A stretch of DNA of 64,000 nt from Dehalococcoidia bacterium (GTDB taxonomy: Bacteria; Chloroflexota; Dehalococcoidia; Lucifugimonadales; VXLM01): positions 2,636,507 to 2,700,506 of the forward strand of contig OY759598.1 of the NCBI GenBank assembly GCA_963662435.1, given 5' to 3'. The translations under genes were made by a program, and so were the position numbers. Every line of letters begins with the position of its first letter. The first letter of the stretch is position 1. The notes below the pieces were generated by a model. It ran no database searches. It was not told the origin of the DNA and saw nothing but the letters and a program-made list of their open reading frames with translations. Below are positions 47,633 through 58,021 of the stretch, in pieces.

Positions 47633-49222
47633 TTACCCCCGTCGTTTTCTCAATACTCGACCGGAGCGGTGCCCGGTCATGTTGCCGTCGCGCAGGACGG
47701 CTTGTCCGTTGACGATGACGTGTTGCATTCCCATTGCCAGTTGGCTTGGTGATTCGAGCGTGCCGGTCTCCCGAAACTCGGCCGGGTCGAAAATGGCGAT
47801 GTCGGCTTTCTTGCCTTCGGCCAGAATACCCCGGTCGGCAAGGCCCATGCGCTCCGCGGGCTTTGCGGTGAGCTTCTCGACTGCCTGTTCAAGTGCAAAC
47901 TGTCCGGTCTCCGTCACGAATCTGCGGAAGAACCACGAGGCCCAGGTATACGCGCCGAGGAAGTCGGCGCCGGCGAGGGGGCCGTCTATGCCAAGGGCCG
48001 TGGCATCGGAGCCGATGGTACACAGCGGATGGAGGAACGTGTCGCGCAGCTCGTCCTCGGTGTACGAGTGGCAGAGCACCATGGGATATTCGATTTGCTC
48101 CACTTCGCGAGCGAGGATGTCGATGACGGTGTCCCAGCCGTCCGCGCCGTCGTCTGTGAGGTCGGCTATGCTCTTGCCGACGGCATCGGGACTCGCTGCG
48201 GAGCGGAAGAGGTAGACGTTTTCCCAGCCGCCGAGGGCGAAGCTGGAAATGAGGCTGGGGTACTGTCGTACGTGTTTGCGGAAGGTGTGGTCGGAGAGGA
48301 GGGCCTTGCGTTCGGCAGTGCTCTTATCCAGGAATGACGACGGGAGCGCCATGCTGAGGTTGGTGATGCCGTGCAGTCGCGTGTGCGCGTCGAAGGCGAC
48401 GTTGAGTCCTTCGTCATGTGCATCATTGACGGCGCCGATGGCGCGCTCACGGGCATCGGGAGGGCCGCCCCGACGGGGGATGATGTGGGAAACCTGGCAG
48501 CGCACTCCTGAGTCCCTGGCCACTCTCACTGTTTCCTCGACCGCTTCCACGGCCTCGACCTCCTTGTTGCGGGTGTGGCAGGCGTACATGGTGTCGTGTC
48601 GGGAGGCGACCTTGCACAGTTCTACAATCTCCTCATGGGAGGCCATACGTTCCCAGGGCGACTCGAGGCCGGTCGAGTAGCCGAAGGCACCGGCTTCGAG
48701 CCCCTCCTCCAGCAGGGAGGTCATCGTTCCGAGTTCGTCGGGGGAGGCAGGTCGCTCCTCGAAGCCCATGGCCGCAATTCGCAGGTTTCCGTTGGGAACG
48801 AGAGAGGCGACGTTGATCGCGGGTCGCGCGGCGTCGAGGGCTTCGAGATAGTCCGCATACGACCTCCAGGTTATTTCGGTGCGGGGGTCGTAGCCGTAGA
48901 TGTTGGCAGTGAAGAGTTCAGGGTCGGTAATCGGGCCGCAACCGTGCCCGCAGTTGCCGACAAGCTCCGTGGTTACACCCTGGTAGACGGAGCTTTGGGC
49001 GCGGGGGTCTACGAGGAGGGTGAAGTCGGAGTGGCTGTGGATATCGACGAAGCCGGGGGTTACGACGAGGCCTTCGGCGTCGATCTCGTTATTGCTCTTT
49101 GCCTCATCGAGGGGGCCTATGTGCTTGATGCTGTCGCCTACGATGCCAACGTCTGTGGTGCGGCCGGGGCGACCGGAGCCGTCCACGACCGTTCCGCCTC
49201 GAATGATCAGGTCGAGCTCCAT
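47633..49222 (-). CDS. N-acyl-D-amino acid deacylase (D-aminoacylase)
   Basis: PGFVDIHSHSD, GNCG, STGL, GSD, IVNG. Confidence 0.88.
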   Translation of the reverse strand: MELDLIIRGGTVVDGSGRPGRTTDVGIVGDSIKHIGPLDEAKSNNEIDAEGLVVTPGFVDIHSHSDFTLLVDPRAQSSVYQGVTTELVGNCGHGCGPITDPELFTANIYGYDPRTEITWRSYADYLEALDAARPAINVASLVPNGNLRIAAMGFEERPASPDELGTMTSLLEEGLEAGAFGYSTGLESPWERMASHEEIVELCKVASRHDTMYACHTRNKEVEAVEAVEETVRVARDSGVRCQVSHIIPRRGGPPDARERAIGAVNDAHDEGLNVAFDAHTRLHGITNLSMALPSSFLDKSTAERKALLSDHTFRKHVRQYPSLISSFALGGWENVYLFRSAASPDAVGKSIADLTDDGADGWDTVIDILAREVEQIEYPMVLCHSYTEDELRDTFLHPLCTIGSDATALGIDGPLAGADFLGAYTWASWFFRRFVTETGQFALEQAVEKLTAKPAERMGLADRGILAEGKKADIAIFDPAEFRETGTLESPSQLAMGMQHVIVNGQAVLRDGNMTGHRSGRVLRKRRG

Positions 49223-49227
49223 ATCGG

Positions 49228-51330
49228 CTATGCCGGACCCACGTCGATGACGATGTTGTTGAACTCGTCCAAGCGGGTTCTGCAGCCGGGAGGCACGACG
49301 GTGGTGGCATCGTACTCCTCGATGATGAGAGGGCCCGGCGTCGGGGACGTGGACAAGGACGGTCGGTCGATGACCTGTGTTTCCAGCGTCCCGGCGGTGG
49401 GGCCGAAGTAGACGTTGCGGCGGTGGGCATCGATGGTGCCGTGGGCGTGGGCGGAGTGAGTGGGTATGGAGCCGCGCAGCCGACCCGATGCCGTGAGACG
49501 AAGGTTGACGATCTCGGTCGGCTCGTCCTCGGCCTTATGTCCGTAGGTGCGGTCGTGCTCGTGGTGGAAGGACGAGACGAGGCCACTGAGAACGCTTTGG
49601 TCGAGCGACTGGGATGCCATGGGGATGGTGAGCTCGTGGGCCTGACCCGTGTAGCGAAAGTCCACCGCCCTCAGCCACTCGATGTCGGCCGGGTCGTAGC
49701 CCTCGTCACTCATCGAGGCCGTGGAGCGGTCTACGAACTCGTCGAAGACGCGGTTGATGCCCTCGAAGTCGGCTTGCGCGACGCTGGTGAAGTACGTGCG
49801 GACGAAGTGGCGTTCCGGCCGGGCCTGGAGGAGACCGACGGCGGAGAATAGCCCCGGTGAGGGTGGAACTACTACAGTCCCTATGCCGAGCGAACGTGCC
49901 ATGTCCGCGGCATGAATAGGACCGCTGCCACCGAAGGCCAGGAGGGCAAAGTCCCTGGGATCACGCCCTCGATATGTCGAGACGGCGCGGATTGCGCGGA
50001 TCATGTTGACGTTGGCGACGGCGTGAACGCCGTGAGCGGCGTCCTGCAGGGAGAGATTGAGCTGCTCGGCGACGGCGGAGCGCATACTTGATTCGGCCAG
50101 CGACGGGTCCAGCCTGACTTCGCCCCCTGCGAGGTAGGAGGGGTTGATAAAGCCAAGCACGAGGTTGGCGTCTGTGACCGTTGGATCCGTCCCTCCTGTG
50201 TCGTAGCAGGCGGGGCCGGGATAGGATCCGGCGCTGTTGGGACCCACCCTGAGCGCGCCGCCGGGGTCTATCCGGACGATGCTGCCGCCGCCGGCGCCGA
50301 CCTCGGCCAGGTCGATGACGGGGACCTTGACGGCATGGCCTCCGCCGGTCACAAGCTTGCTGGACAGCGATATCCCCGCGCCGATCTCGTAGTCGGTTGT
50401 GTAGCTGGGAGAGCCGTTCTCGATGAGGGCGGCCTTCGCGGTGGTGCCCCCCATGTCGAAGGTGATGATGTTCTTAAGGCCGAGTCTCTTGCCGAGATTG
50501 TCGGCCGCGATGACGCCGGCGGCTGGGCCGGACTCCAGCATCTGAACGGGCGTCTGCGCGGCACGTCGGGCGGACATGATGCCGCCGTTCGACTGCATGA
50601 TACGAACAGGGGCGTCGGACTGTGCCCCCTTGACCCTTTCGACCAGCGAGTCGGTGTACGACTTCACGATGGGGCCGAGGTAGGCGTTCACGACCGTGGT
50701 GCTGGTTCGCTCGTATTCGCGGATTTCAGGGAGCACGTCCACGGATAGGGACACGAATACTCCCGGCAGCATCCTTCTCAGTTCCTCGCCGACCGCGCGC
50801 TCATGGTCGGGGTAGCGGTACGAGTGCAGGAGACACACAGCGACGGATTCCGTCTCCTCCTCCTGAATGTCGTGAATCGCCTCACGGACGCTATCCATGT
50901 CAAGCGGTACGATGACCTCTCCGTCCGCGCCGATACGCTCCTTGACCTCCAGCCTCAGGTGGCGATCGACAAGGGGTTTCGGGGGAGCGTAGAGCAGACT
51001 GTAGAGGGAAGGCACGCGCATCCGCCGCAGTTCGAGGACGTCACGAAAGCCTTCGGTCGTTATGAGCGCCGTCTTCGCGCCCTTGTCCTGCAGCACGGCA
51101 TTCGTGGCAACGGTCGTGCCATGGACGATCTCTTCAATGGAGTCGACGGCGACTTCCTGCTCGGACAGGAGCTGCTCCATGCCTTCGAGGATGCCGCGCG
51201 AGAGGTCGTCCTGGGTGGAGGAGAGTTTCTTTGTCCAGTAGCCGCCGTCGGGAGAGGCGATGACGAGGTCGGTGAAGGTGCCGCCGATGTCCGCGCCGAG
51301 TCTGTAGCCGGAGGGGTTTTTGTTGGTCAT
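49228..51330 (-). CDS. hydantoinase A / oxoprolinase family protein
   Basis: DIGGTFTD, HGTTVATN, REYERTSTT, SGPAAG, DMGGTT, GAGGGS. Confidence 0.95.
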   Translation of the reverse strand: MTNKNPSGYRLGADIGGTFTDLVIASPDGGYWTKKLSSTQDDLSRGILEGMEQLLSEQEVAVDSIEEIVHGTTVATNAVLQDKGAKTALITTEGFRDVLELRRMRVPSLYSLLYAPPKPLVDRHLRLEVKERIGADGEVIVPLDMDSVREAIHDIQEEETESVAVCLLHSYRYPDHERAVGEELRRMLPGVFVSLSVDVLPEIREYERTSTTVVNAYLGPIVKSYTDSLVERVKGAQSDAPVRIMQSNGGIMSARRAAQTPVQMLESGPAAGVIAADNLGKRLGLKNIITFDMGGTTAKAALIENGSPSYTTDYEIGAGISLSSKLVTGGGHAVKVPVIDLAEVGAGGGSIVRIDPGGALRVGPNSAGSYPGPACYDTGGTDPTVTDANLVLGFINPSYLAGGEVRLDPSLAESSMRSAVAEQLNLSLQDAAHGVHAVANVNMIRAIRAVSTYRGRDPRDFALLAFGGSGPIHAADMARSLGIGTVVVPPSPGLFSAVGLLQARPERHFVRTYFTSVAQADFEGINRVFDEFVDRSTASMSDEGYDPADIEWLRAVDFRYTGQAHELTIPMASQSLDQSVLSGLVSSFHHEHDRTYGHKAEDEPTEIVNLRLTASGRLRGSIPTHSAHAHGTIDAHRRNVYFGPTAGTLETQVIDRPSLSTSPTPGPLIIEEYDATTVVPPGCRTRLDEFNNIVIDVGPA

Positions 51331-51490
51331 TGGTGGTTGCTTGGTAGGTATTCAGGCTGTGCTAGAGGGACGTTGGTGAAGTATATGACATTGCCCTCAC
51401 CCCAGCCCCCGTATTGACTACGGGGCAGGCTCTCTCCCACGACGGGAGAGGGGGTAAGAGGACTCACCTCTGCCGTGTGGAGTGGTCGTC

Positions 51491-52339
51491 TCATGGCCGG
51501 GGCGGTGCCCCTAGATTGCTCCAAGTGCCGGCGGCGGTCATCTGGTGGGTGAAGTCGAGGACGTTGTTCGTCTTGAGGACGACAGTGCGGGGACCGGTGC
51601 GTTCTGTCAGGGGGAGCGTTGCGCGGTGGTCTGCGACCTCCTCGGTGAAGCACTCGACTTCGAGGGCGTAAGGAGGCGGGATCGTGAGCGGGCTGAACTT
51701 CCCTAGCCTACTTATGGCAGCAGCGGTCTTCTCGCGGATGAGGTCGTCGGCGTCCTTGGGGTGGAGTGAGAGGGCCTGATGGGTGCCGAGGCCGTGCTTG
51801 ACGGAGGCGGTCTCGATGTTGCCGAGCCATTCACTTGCCTCATCGCAGGCCTTGTCATCGCCCGAGACCATGATGACAGGAACGCCGACGCTCCCGAACT
51901 GGAGGGCCTCCATGGCGATCTCACCGATGCTGCGTTCGTTTAAGCGCATATCGGCGATCTCGGCGGAGCTGAAAGTGTGGGCCATGACGCCGTTCGGCGT
52001 CCCAGCCATTGAATGATGGCCAAGGAGGATGACTCCGTCGTAGGTCTCGTCGATCACGCTGAGGAGGCTAGCGCCGCCCATGACTATCTTGACGCCGCGC
52101 GGCAGGTCGTCGTAGTGGAGCGTCAGGCCGCCGGGCGTGACGCCGCGAATGAAGCCGCAGTCGTGGACGATGATCTCATCCGCGCCCGCGTCGCGGGCGG
52201 CTTCTACGCAGGCGGAAGTCTCGTCGGTGGCGCGGCGGCGGTTGTACTCGGCCTGCCAGGGGCCGTAGACGGAGACGGGGTCCTTCTCGCGGGTGATGGC
52301 GCCCTGACCCTCGCTGTCGACGCAGATGTATATTTTCAT
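51491..52339 (-). CDS. M55 family D-aminopeptidase (DppA-like)
   Basis: MKIYICVDSEG, LGHH, MAHT, VSGD. Confidence 0.85.
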   Translation of the reverse strand: MKIYICVDSEGQGAITREKDPVSVYGPWQAEYNRRRATDETSACVEAARDAGADEIIVHDCGFIRGVTPGGLTLHYDDLPRGVKIVMGGASLLSVIDETYDGVILLGHHSMAGTPNGVMAHTFSSAEIADMRLNERSIGEIAMEALQFGSVGVPVIMVSGDDKACDEASEWLGNIETASVKHGLGTHQALSLHPKDADDLIREKTAAAISRLGKFSPLTIPPPYALEVECFTEEVADHRATLPLTERTGPRTVVLKTNNVLDFTHQMTAAGTWSNLGAPPRP

Positions 52340-52660
52340 TCTTGGGTTCCCTGCAAGACTCGCCGACAACGATACCAGACGGACGGGGAGATGACGACGG
52401 CGTTCGACGTTGGTGAGTTGGGAGAGAATGTAGAGAGTGCAAGGACTTTAGATTCTTCGTCGCTTCTCTCCTCAGAATGACAGGGGGGTTGGTGAGTTCG
52501 CCATCTAGGCAAGCAGGACAGACGCGCCTGTAGGATCCGGGAAAACTGGATACCGGTCTTCGCCGGTATGACGGTGCTGTGAATGGCTAGTTGGCGGCGG
52601 GGTTCGACTGGCGCAGCGGCGTGTGCGAGTATGTGGCAACACTATCGGGGAGGTCTGACG

Positions 52661-53554
52661 GTGCCGCAACTCGAATCGGTGGAGATGATTTGGGGTCACG
52701 CGCCCCACAACGCGTTTACGGACTTGATCCGGTTTCAGGACCGGTGGTGGTGCGTGTTTCGGGAGGCGGTAGGTCACGACTCTCCCGGGGGAATCGTCCG
52801 TGTGCTGACCTCGGAGACGGGTGCGGAGTGGGAGTCGGCGGCTACGGTGGTGGAAGGCGGCATCGTTCTAAGGGACCCCAAGCTGTCGGTTACGCCGTAC
52901 GGTCGGCTGATGCTCCTGATGGGCGGGAGCGTCTACGACGATGAGGGCGAGTACCTGACACGCTCGCCTCGCGTCTCGTTCTCGGAGGACGGTTTCAAGT
53001 GGACGGTACCCCGAAGGGTGCTGTCGGAAGACCACTGGCTTTGGCGGGTGACGTGGCATGACGGCCGGGCATACTCGCTGTCGAAGCTGGGTGAGGGTGA
53101 GGAGCCCAGGCGGGGATTCTTGTATAGCAGCGCGGACGGGATCGAGTGGGACTGGATCACGGAGTTCAAGTTGCCGGGGGTGAGTGAGACGACGCTTCGG
53201 TTCCAGCCGGACGGTGAGATGGTGGCGCTGATCCGGCCGGGATATATCGGGACCGCAAGACCTCCCTACCGGGAATGGTCGTTCTGCGAGACGGCAGACC
53301 GGATCGGGGGGCCGAATTTCATCCGGTTGCCGGACGGGAGTCTGTGGGGGAGTGGCAGGCTTTTCACGGCAGACGGGCCTCGGACAGTGCTGGCAAGGAT
53401 GACGACTTCATCGTATGAACCCATGCTCACGCTCCCAAGCGGCGGGGATACCAGCTACGCGGGGATGGTCTGGCACGACGATCTGTTGTGGATGAGCTAC
53501 TACTCGTCGCATGAGGGCGGGACGAATGTTTATCTGGCTAGGGTGAGGATTTAG
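52661..53554 (+). CDS. Asp-box/sialidase-fold protein
   Basis: PHNAFTDL, LRDPKL, SEDGFKW, WLWR, GDTSY, SYYSSHEG. Confidence 0.82.
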   Translation: MPQLESVEMIWGHAPHNAFTDLIRFQDRWWCVFREAVGHDSPGGIVRVLTSETGAEWESAATVVEGGIVLRDPKLSVTPYGRLMLLMGGSVYDDEGEYLTRSPRVSFSEDGFKWTVPRRVLSEDHWLWRVTWHDGRAYSLSKLGEGEEPRRGFLYSSADGIEWDWITEFKLPGVSETTLRFQPDGEMVALIRPGYIGTARPPYREWSFCETADRIGGPNFIRLPDGSLWGSGRLFTADGPRTVLARMTTSSYEPMLTLPSGGDTSYAGMVWHDDLLWMSYYSSHEGGTNVYLARVRI

Positions 53555-53751
53555 GTCGTGGTGGGGTTCGCCCTCACCCTAGCCCTCTCCCACGACGGGA
53601 GAGGGGATAAGAGGGTCACTTCTAAATAGACATTTGTTGACAATACCTCGCGGACAGCTACGAAATCGTACATTTGGCGACCACGATATATCTTTATGAG
53701 CGCGTTAGATATGCAACGCGTTGACAAACCGAGGGAGCCGCCTGCGCGCTC

Positions 53752-53982
53752 CTACTCGACGACCGTGAACCATCCCGACAGAACCCGCACTGCGGTATCG
53801 TACTGCGACTCGCCGCTCGGTGGGAGCATCGACTTATCTAGCTGGTCACAGACGACTCTAGCCTTGTCTCCGGGCAGGGATTGACTCGCAAGATACCCTC
53901 TTAGGCACGCCGCGTCATAATCGCCATCGCACCCTCGAAGGTCAACCGTAATTTCGGGATGCAGGGGTGGAATTATCTCCAA
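53752..53982 (-). CDS. small hypothetical protein, possibly of mobile-element origin
   Basis: 76 aa; AGGAG RBS; HPEITVDL.G.DG...YD......W.TV pattern. Confidence 0.5.
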   Translation of the reverse strand: MEIIPPLHPEITVDLRGCDGDYDAACLRGYLASQSLPGDKARVVCDQLDKSMLPPSGESQYDTAVRVLSGWFTVVE

Positions 53983-54015
53983 GACCCATCTCTCCTAATC
54001 AACCGAGCGGATTCC

Positions 54016-54207
54016 TTATTCGGTATCGTAAAAGAACTGCTTCACGTCTTGGATCGCTGTTTCGCGGTCGGGGGAGGTGTGTGGCTCCATAAGCGAGTGA
54101 GGCTTCAAAGTGAATACGATATACCGTCCGTCTTCCACTTCTGATATGCAATAGAGTAGGAATTCCCCTTCCCTGACGCCTGAATAAACGACTTCCATCT
54201 GTCCCAT
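54016..54207 (-). CDS. small hypothetical protein
   Basis: GAGGA upstream of ATG 54207; co-oriented with its neighbours. Confidence 0.4.
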   Translation of the reverse strand: MGQMEVVYSGVREGEFLLYCISEVEDGRYIVFTLKPHSLMEPHTSPDRETAIQDVKQFFYDTE

Positions 54208-54235
54208 AATTCCGTTCCTCTCGTACATGGGCAAT

Positions 54236-54541
54236 TCAATGCCGATTATGACACCCGCAACTACAACGTGGGCTAATGCGGGGTAGGTCGGACATGGTCG
54301 GCCTCGTTCCAGCAATCTGAACTACTGCGCTGGACTGCGCCATATCCGCTATCACACTGACCTGACTCAACATGCGTTGGAGCGCACCACTTCGAGCCAT
54401 CTGAAATATGGGGCTGGATTGTGCCATTCTCGTCGCCTGTTTGACATGACGCTCCAAGCGGTTCAGTTCACCGCTTCGAGCCATCTGAAATATCGGGCTA
54501 TTCTGTTCCAGTTGTCGAGTTAGCTTCGCTAGAGAGGCCAT
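54236..54541 (-). CDS. hypothetical protein with an internal 28-aa repeat
   Basis: AAGGAG RBS; SPIFQMARSG occurs twice and MAQSS twice. Confidence 0.5.
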   Translation of the reverse strand: MASLAKLTRQLEQNSPIFQMARSGELNRLERHVKQATRMAQSSPIFQMARSGALQRMLSQVSVIADMAQSSAVVQIAGTRPTMSDLPRISPRCSCGCHNRH

Positions 54542-55234
54542 ATCTTGTCTCCTTCTAGTTTATTTCTATTACTGCTCCACATATTATTGTCGGGGACTCT
54601 CCGTGTCAATCGCTCATCAAATCGCTGACCATGGCTTCGGAAGGAGAGAGATTTCCCGCCTCCAACTCTATCCGTAGAATCTCTTAGATGGTCGTAGTCT
54701 CCAATCTCGACCTTCGAGGGGGAGCCGCTCGTCGGACTCAATCCCGGCGGGGGAGAGATTAGAGGGTTCGGCGCGGGTTAAGAGGGGGGTCGCGTTTGAC
54801 CTGACATTTCCGGACATATCATGACATTTGTAACTTGGGGCGGTTGAAGCGTTCGCCTGCACGGGATGTTCTGGATTGGCGTCGTGTGCATAGAAAGTAA
54901 CTATGTTTGCGGAGAATTGCCCTTCGACAAGCTCAGGGCGAACGTGTCTCCCCTTTTCGATTCTCTGTTCAGAAATCGTCGATGCGTAAATTGAGATAGT
55001 TACTCAATAACCCCTCTCTGTATCACTGCAGCGGTGCGTTGGAAGGGGGAGAGCAATTGACCACCCGCCCTCTCATATTTGTCACTGTTTTCCATTCCTG
55101 AGTCTCCCATGCGGCAATGTAGGCTCAATGGTGCCAATTCACCGGCGGCGGCTCCTCTCCGGAGGGTTGATAACGGGAGGGCTGGCGCATACACTGCGGC
55201 GCGCACGAGTAGCGAGACTTTTTTTGGAGGAATC

Positions 55235-56167
55235 ATGGATAGAGAAGAGTTGAGGAAGCTGATAGTGGGGCCGATCGGGGCGGTATCGACGCCGTTCGAC
55301 GAGGACTTGGAGGTCGACCTGGGGGCCATGCACGAGATGGTGCAGATGATGATAGACAGCGGGGTCTGCAACGGTAAGGGGGCCATAAAGATCGCATCGG
55401 CCCTCGGGGAAGGCCCGATGCTGCGTGAGACCGAGTGGCCCGCGCTGCTGCGCACGGCAGTCAATGCGGCCGGGGGCAAAGTGCCTGTCATGTTCGGCAT
55501 CCACGACAAGGACACCCGCTGGGCTATAGACCAGGCGAAGCAGGCCCATGACCTGGGGGCGGTCGCCATTCAGTTGACTCCTCCCATCTACAACATACCG
55601 ACGCAGCAGGACATGTACGACTACTTCTACGACGTGTCCAACGCGACCGACATCGGCATCATGATCTACCACACGCATTGGATGCCGGGGGGCAGCATCG
55701 AGACGGACACTTTCCTGCGCATGGCGGACATCGACAACGTGGTAGCCGTCAAGTGGGGAGGCTCTTCGGAGGGCGTCTACGAGGACATGGCCAAGTTCGT
55801 CCACCTCTTCAATGTCATTGACAACAGCGCCAATCCGGTGGGATGCGCCGAGCTCGGCGGCCACGGGTACGTCCAGACGACGCTGGACATCAATCCCGAG
55901 CACGACCTGCAAGTGTGGGAGCTTATTCAGGAGAAGCGGTACGACGAGGCCAGGACCCTCTACCACTCGGTGTACGACGATATCAGCGCCATGTACGAGA
56001 AGGTGGCCAAGCGGACAGGCGGACAGGCGGTCGTCTTCAAGGGTCTCATGTCCGTCATGGGCCACCACACCAGTGCGCCCCGTCCGCCCTCCAAGGCCTT
56101 GAACGACGAGGAGATGGCGGAGCTTCGAGAGAAGGTCGCCAGCTGGGGGTGGACGGCGAAGGGTTGA
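55235..56167 (+). CDS. dihydrodipicolinate synthase (DapA)-like aldolase/lyase family protein
   Basis: STPFD, LGEG, TPPIY, MIYH, VAVK Schiff-base Lys; GGAGG RBS. Confidence 0.87.
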   Translation: MDREELRKLIVGPIGAVSTPFDEDLEVDLGAMHEMVQMMIDSGVCNGKGAIKIASALGEGPMLRETEWPALLRTAVNAAGGKVPVMFGIHDKDTRWAIDQAKQAHDLGAVAIQLTPPIYNIPTQQDMYDYFYDVSNATDIGIMIYHTHWMPGGSIETDTFLRMADIDNVVAVKWGGSSEGVYEDMAKFVHLFNVIDNSANPVGCAELGGHGYVQTTLDINPEHDLQVWELIQEKRYDEARTLYHSVYDDISAMYEKVAKRTGGQAVVFKGLMSVMGHHTSAPRPPSKALNDEEMAELREKVASWGWTAKG

Positions 56168-56347
56168 CGGTTGGCGGGGAGGGGCGGCGGCCTGGGGGCA
56201 GCCCCGACCACGCGCTTGCGGGAGGCGCGGTAGGGATGCCTACCCATATCGGTTGGGAAATCCGAACGGGTTGCGGCAACGTTAATATGGTTGAGGGGGA
56301 CGCGGGCAGTGCTGCCTGCGTTTTGTTACGCAAGGAGATGAGCGCCT

Positions 56348-57907
56348 ATGGTGTATAGGACGGTCATCTGCGTTGTGTTTGTTGGGGTACCACTTGCTGC
56401 GTCCTGCGGCCTCTTCGGAGACCCACAAAAGCCCTTGCCGTCGGAGAATACAGCATCTGAATCGCAGGCCGGATCTGCGCCGCCCGTATCACAGACAGGG
56501 TCAGCGTCGGTGGTAGGCTATCACGGTCCCATGTCGCTGGAAGAAAGGATATTCGCATCACCCGTAATCGCCAGGGTCCGGCTTGAGTCCGTATCCTCAA
56601 CTATAGAGTCTGGACCATACGACGGAACGACGAAGTACATACCGCTCTTGGAGTTCAATTTCACCGTTCTCGAGCATTTGAAGGGGAGCGGTCCCAGTAG
56701 CATCGTCGCCCTGTGGGAGTCCAGGCCGGTCTTCGATACACGCGCAGAGGCCGAGGCCGCATTGCCGGCTGTCGTCGCAGCTCGAGACAGCCAGTGGGAC
56801 GCCCGAGAGGCAATCGTCTTTCTACAACAGTCGATTCCATATCTTTCGAGTACACAGCAGGCGCAAAGGTTTCACCTGTCGTGGGCGGGTAGTATTGGAC
56901 CTCCCGATGATTGGTATAGCATAGCCAGTCGACATCAGAAGCAATGGCTGCCCACTGAAGCAGCGGGAGGTGCTCCGTCTTCGCCCGTCGGAGATCAGCA
57001 GCGGTTCCTGCTAGATGTACCGCCGGTCACCGGCACGGTTCCCACTATCACGCTAGGCGAGATGAAGAATCGCATCGCGGCGGTCGCCGCTAAGCTTAAC
57101 GCCGGTGACGGCTCTCCGGAGTTCAGAGAATGCGTCAGGCGTACTTATCAATATGAAGGGATGGACCACTACTCCCTCGAAACGAGGGGACACAGTTTAT
57201 TTGTCGAGTCTCCTGACCATGAGTTGGACTCGGGTCTTGCCGCGTCCACTATTGTCTATGAGAACTCAGACCTTGGCGGTCTTCCAGACAAGCGAGATGA
57301 ACTCTGGCTCGACGGAGGAGACGCCGAACTCTTCGGCGTCGAGTTTGGCGACTCGGTTCCCTACGATTTTTCGGGAGATGGCACGAATGACTCCATTCAA
57401 TATGCTCAGCGCGTGGCGGCTGCACGCCCACTCCCCGCAGGGGCCTACAAGTTCTACTTCAATCACAGGGATGGTGAATTCGTTCCCTGCGATGGGTACA
57501 CGATCCGCTATGAATGGACGGTCACTGTGACCGCCCCAGAGGGCACGCTCCACGAGCTATTCTTCGACCCGGTGAATCAGAGCGGCGCAGTCAAAGCTGA
57601 CGACACGAACGGCGTATTGAAGCCAGAGGCGTTCACAGACTCCAACGGCGGGTCTGTAACGATTGAGAGTATTTCATATGAGGCGAGCACGGTGAAGGTG
57701 GAGGTCACGCCCAATGCTGCGCTTGCGGGCCAGATCGTGGACTTCATCGAGTTGGACGGTACGGTGTCGCTGTCGTTGGACGTTGCGGATGCGACGGTGG
57801 ACCCTTCGACAGGCTCAGGGCAGTCAGGGGCTTTGAGCTGGAGTGTGTCGTCGCAGCCGTGGGAGGACGGGGATCCGCTGATGGTGCGGATACGGGAGGC
57901 TCGGTAG
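56348..57907 (+). CDS. putative lipoprotein, paralogue 1
   Basis: 519 aa; signal peptide with LAASC; AAGGAG RBS. Confidence 0.8.
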   Translation: MVYRTVICVVFVGVPLAASCGLFGDPQKPLPSENTASESQAGSAPPVSQTGSASVVGYHGPMSLEERIFASPVIARVRLESVSSTIESGPYDGTTKYIPLLEFNFTVLEHLKGSGPSSIVALWESRPVFDTRAEAEAALPAVVAARDSQWDAREAIVFLQQSIPYLSSTQQAQRFHLSWAGSIGPPDDWYSIASRHQKQWLPTEAAGGAPSSPVGDQQRFLLDVPPVTGTVPTITLGEMKNRIAAVAAKLNAGDGSPEFRECVRRTYQYEGMDHYSLETRGHSLFVESPDHELDSGLAASTIVYENSDLGGLPDKRDELWLDGGDAELFGVEFGDSVPYDFSGDGTNDSIQYAQRVAAARPLPAGAYKFYFNHRDGEFVPCDGYTIRYEWTVTVTAPEGTLHELFFDPVNQSGAVKADDTNGVLKPEAFTDSNGGSVTIESISYEASTVKVEVTPNAALAGQIVDFIELDGTVSLSLDVADATVDPSTGSGQSGALSWSVSSQPWEDGDPLMVRIREAR

Positions 57908-58021
57908 GGACGCCTACCCGTGTCGGGTGGGAAATCCGAAGGGGTTGCGGTAACGTTAATATGGTTGAGGGGGACGCTGGCAGCGCTGCCTGCGTTTATT
58001 TACGCAAGGAGATGAGCGCCT

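Noticed and set aside
55105..55190. SAM-I riboswitch suggested by CGGCAA...GGTGCCAATTC
   Set aside because: The 5' ATC.AGAG..GAGGGA..GGCCC core and the closing GAT are not recognisable.
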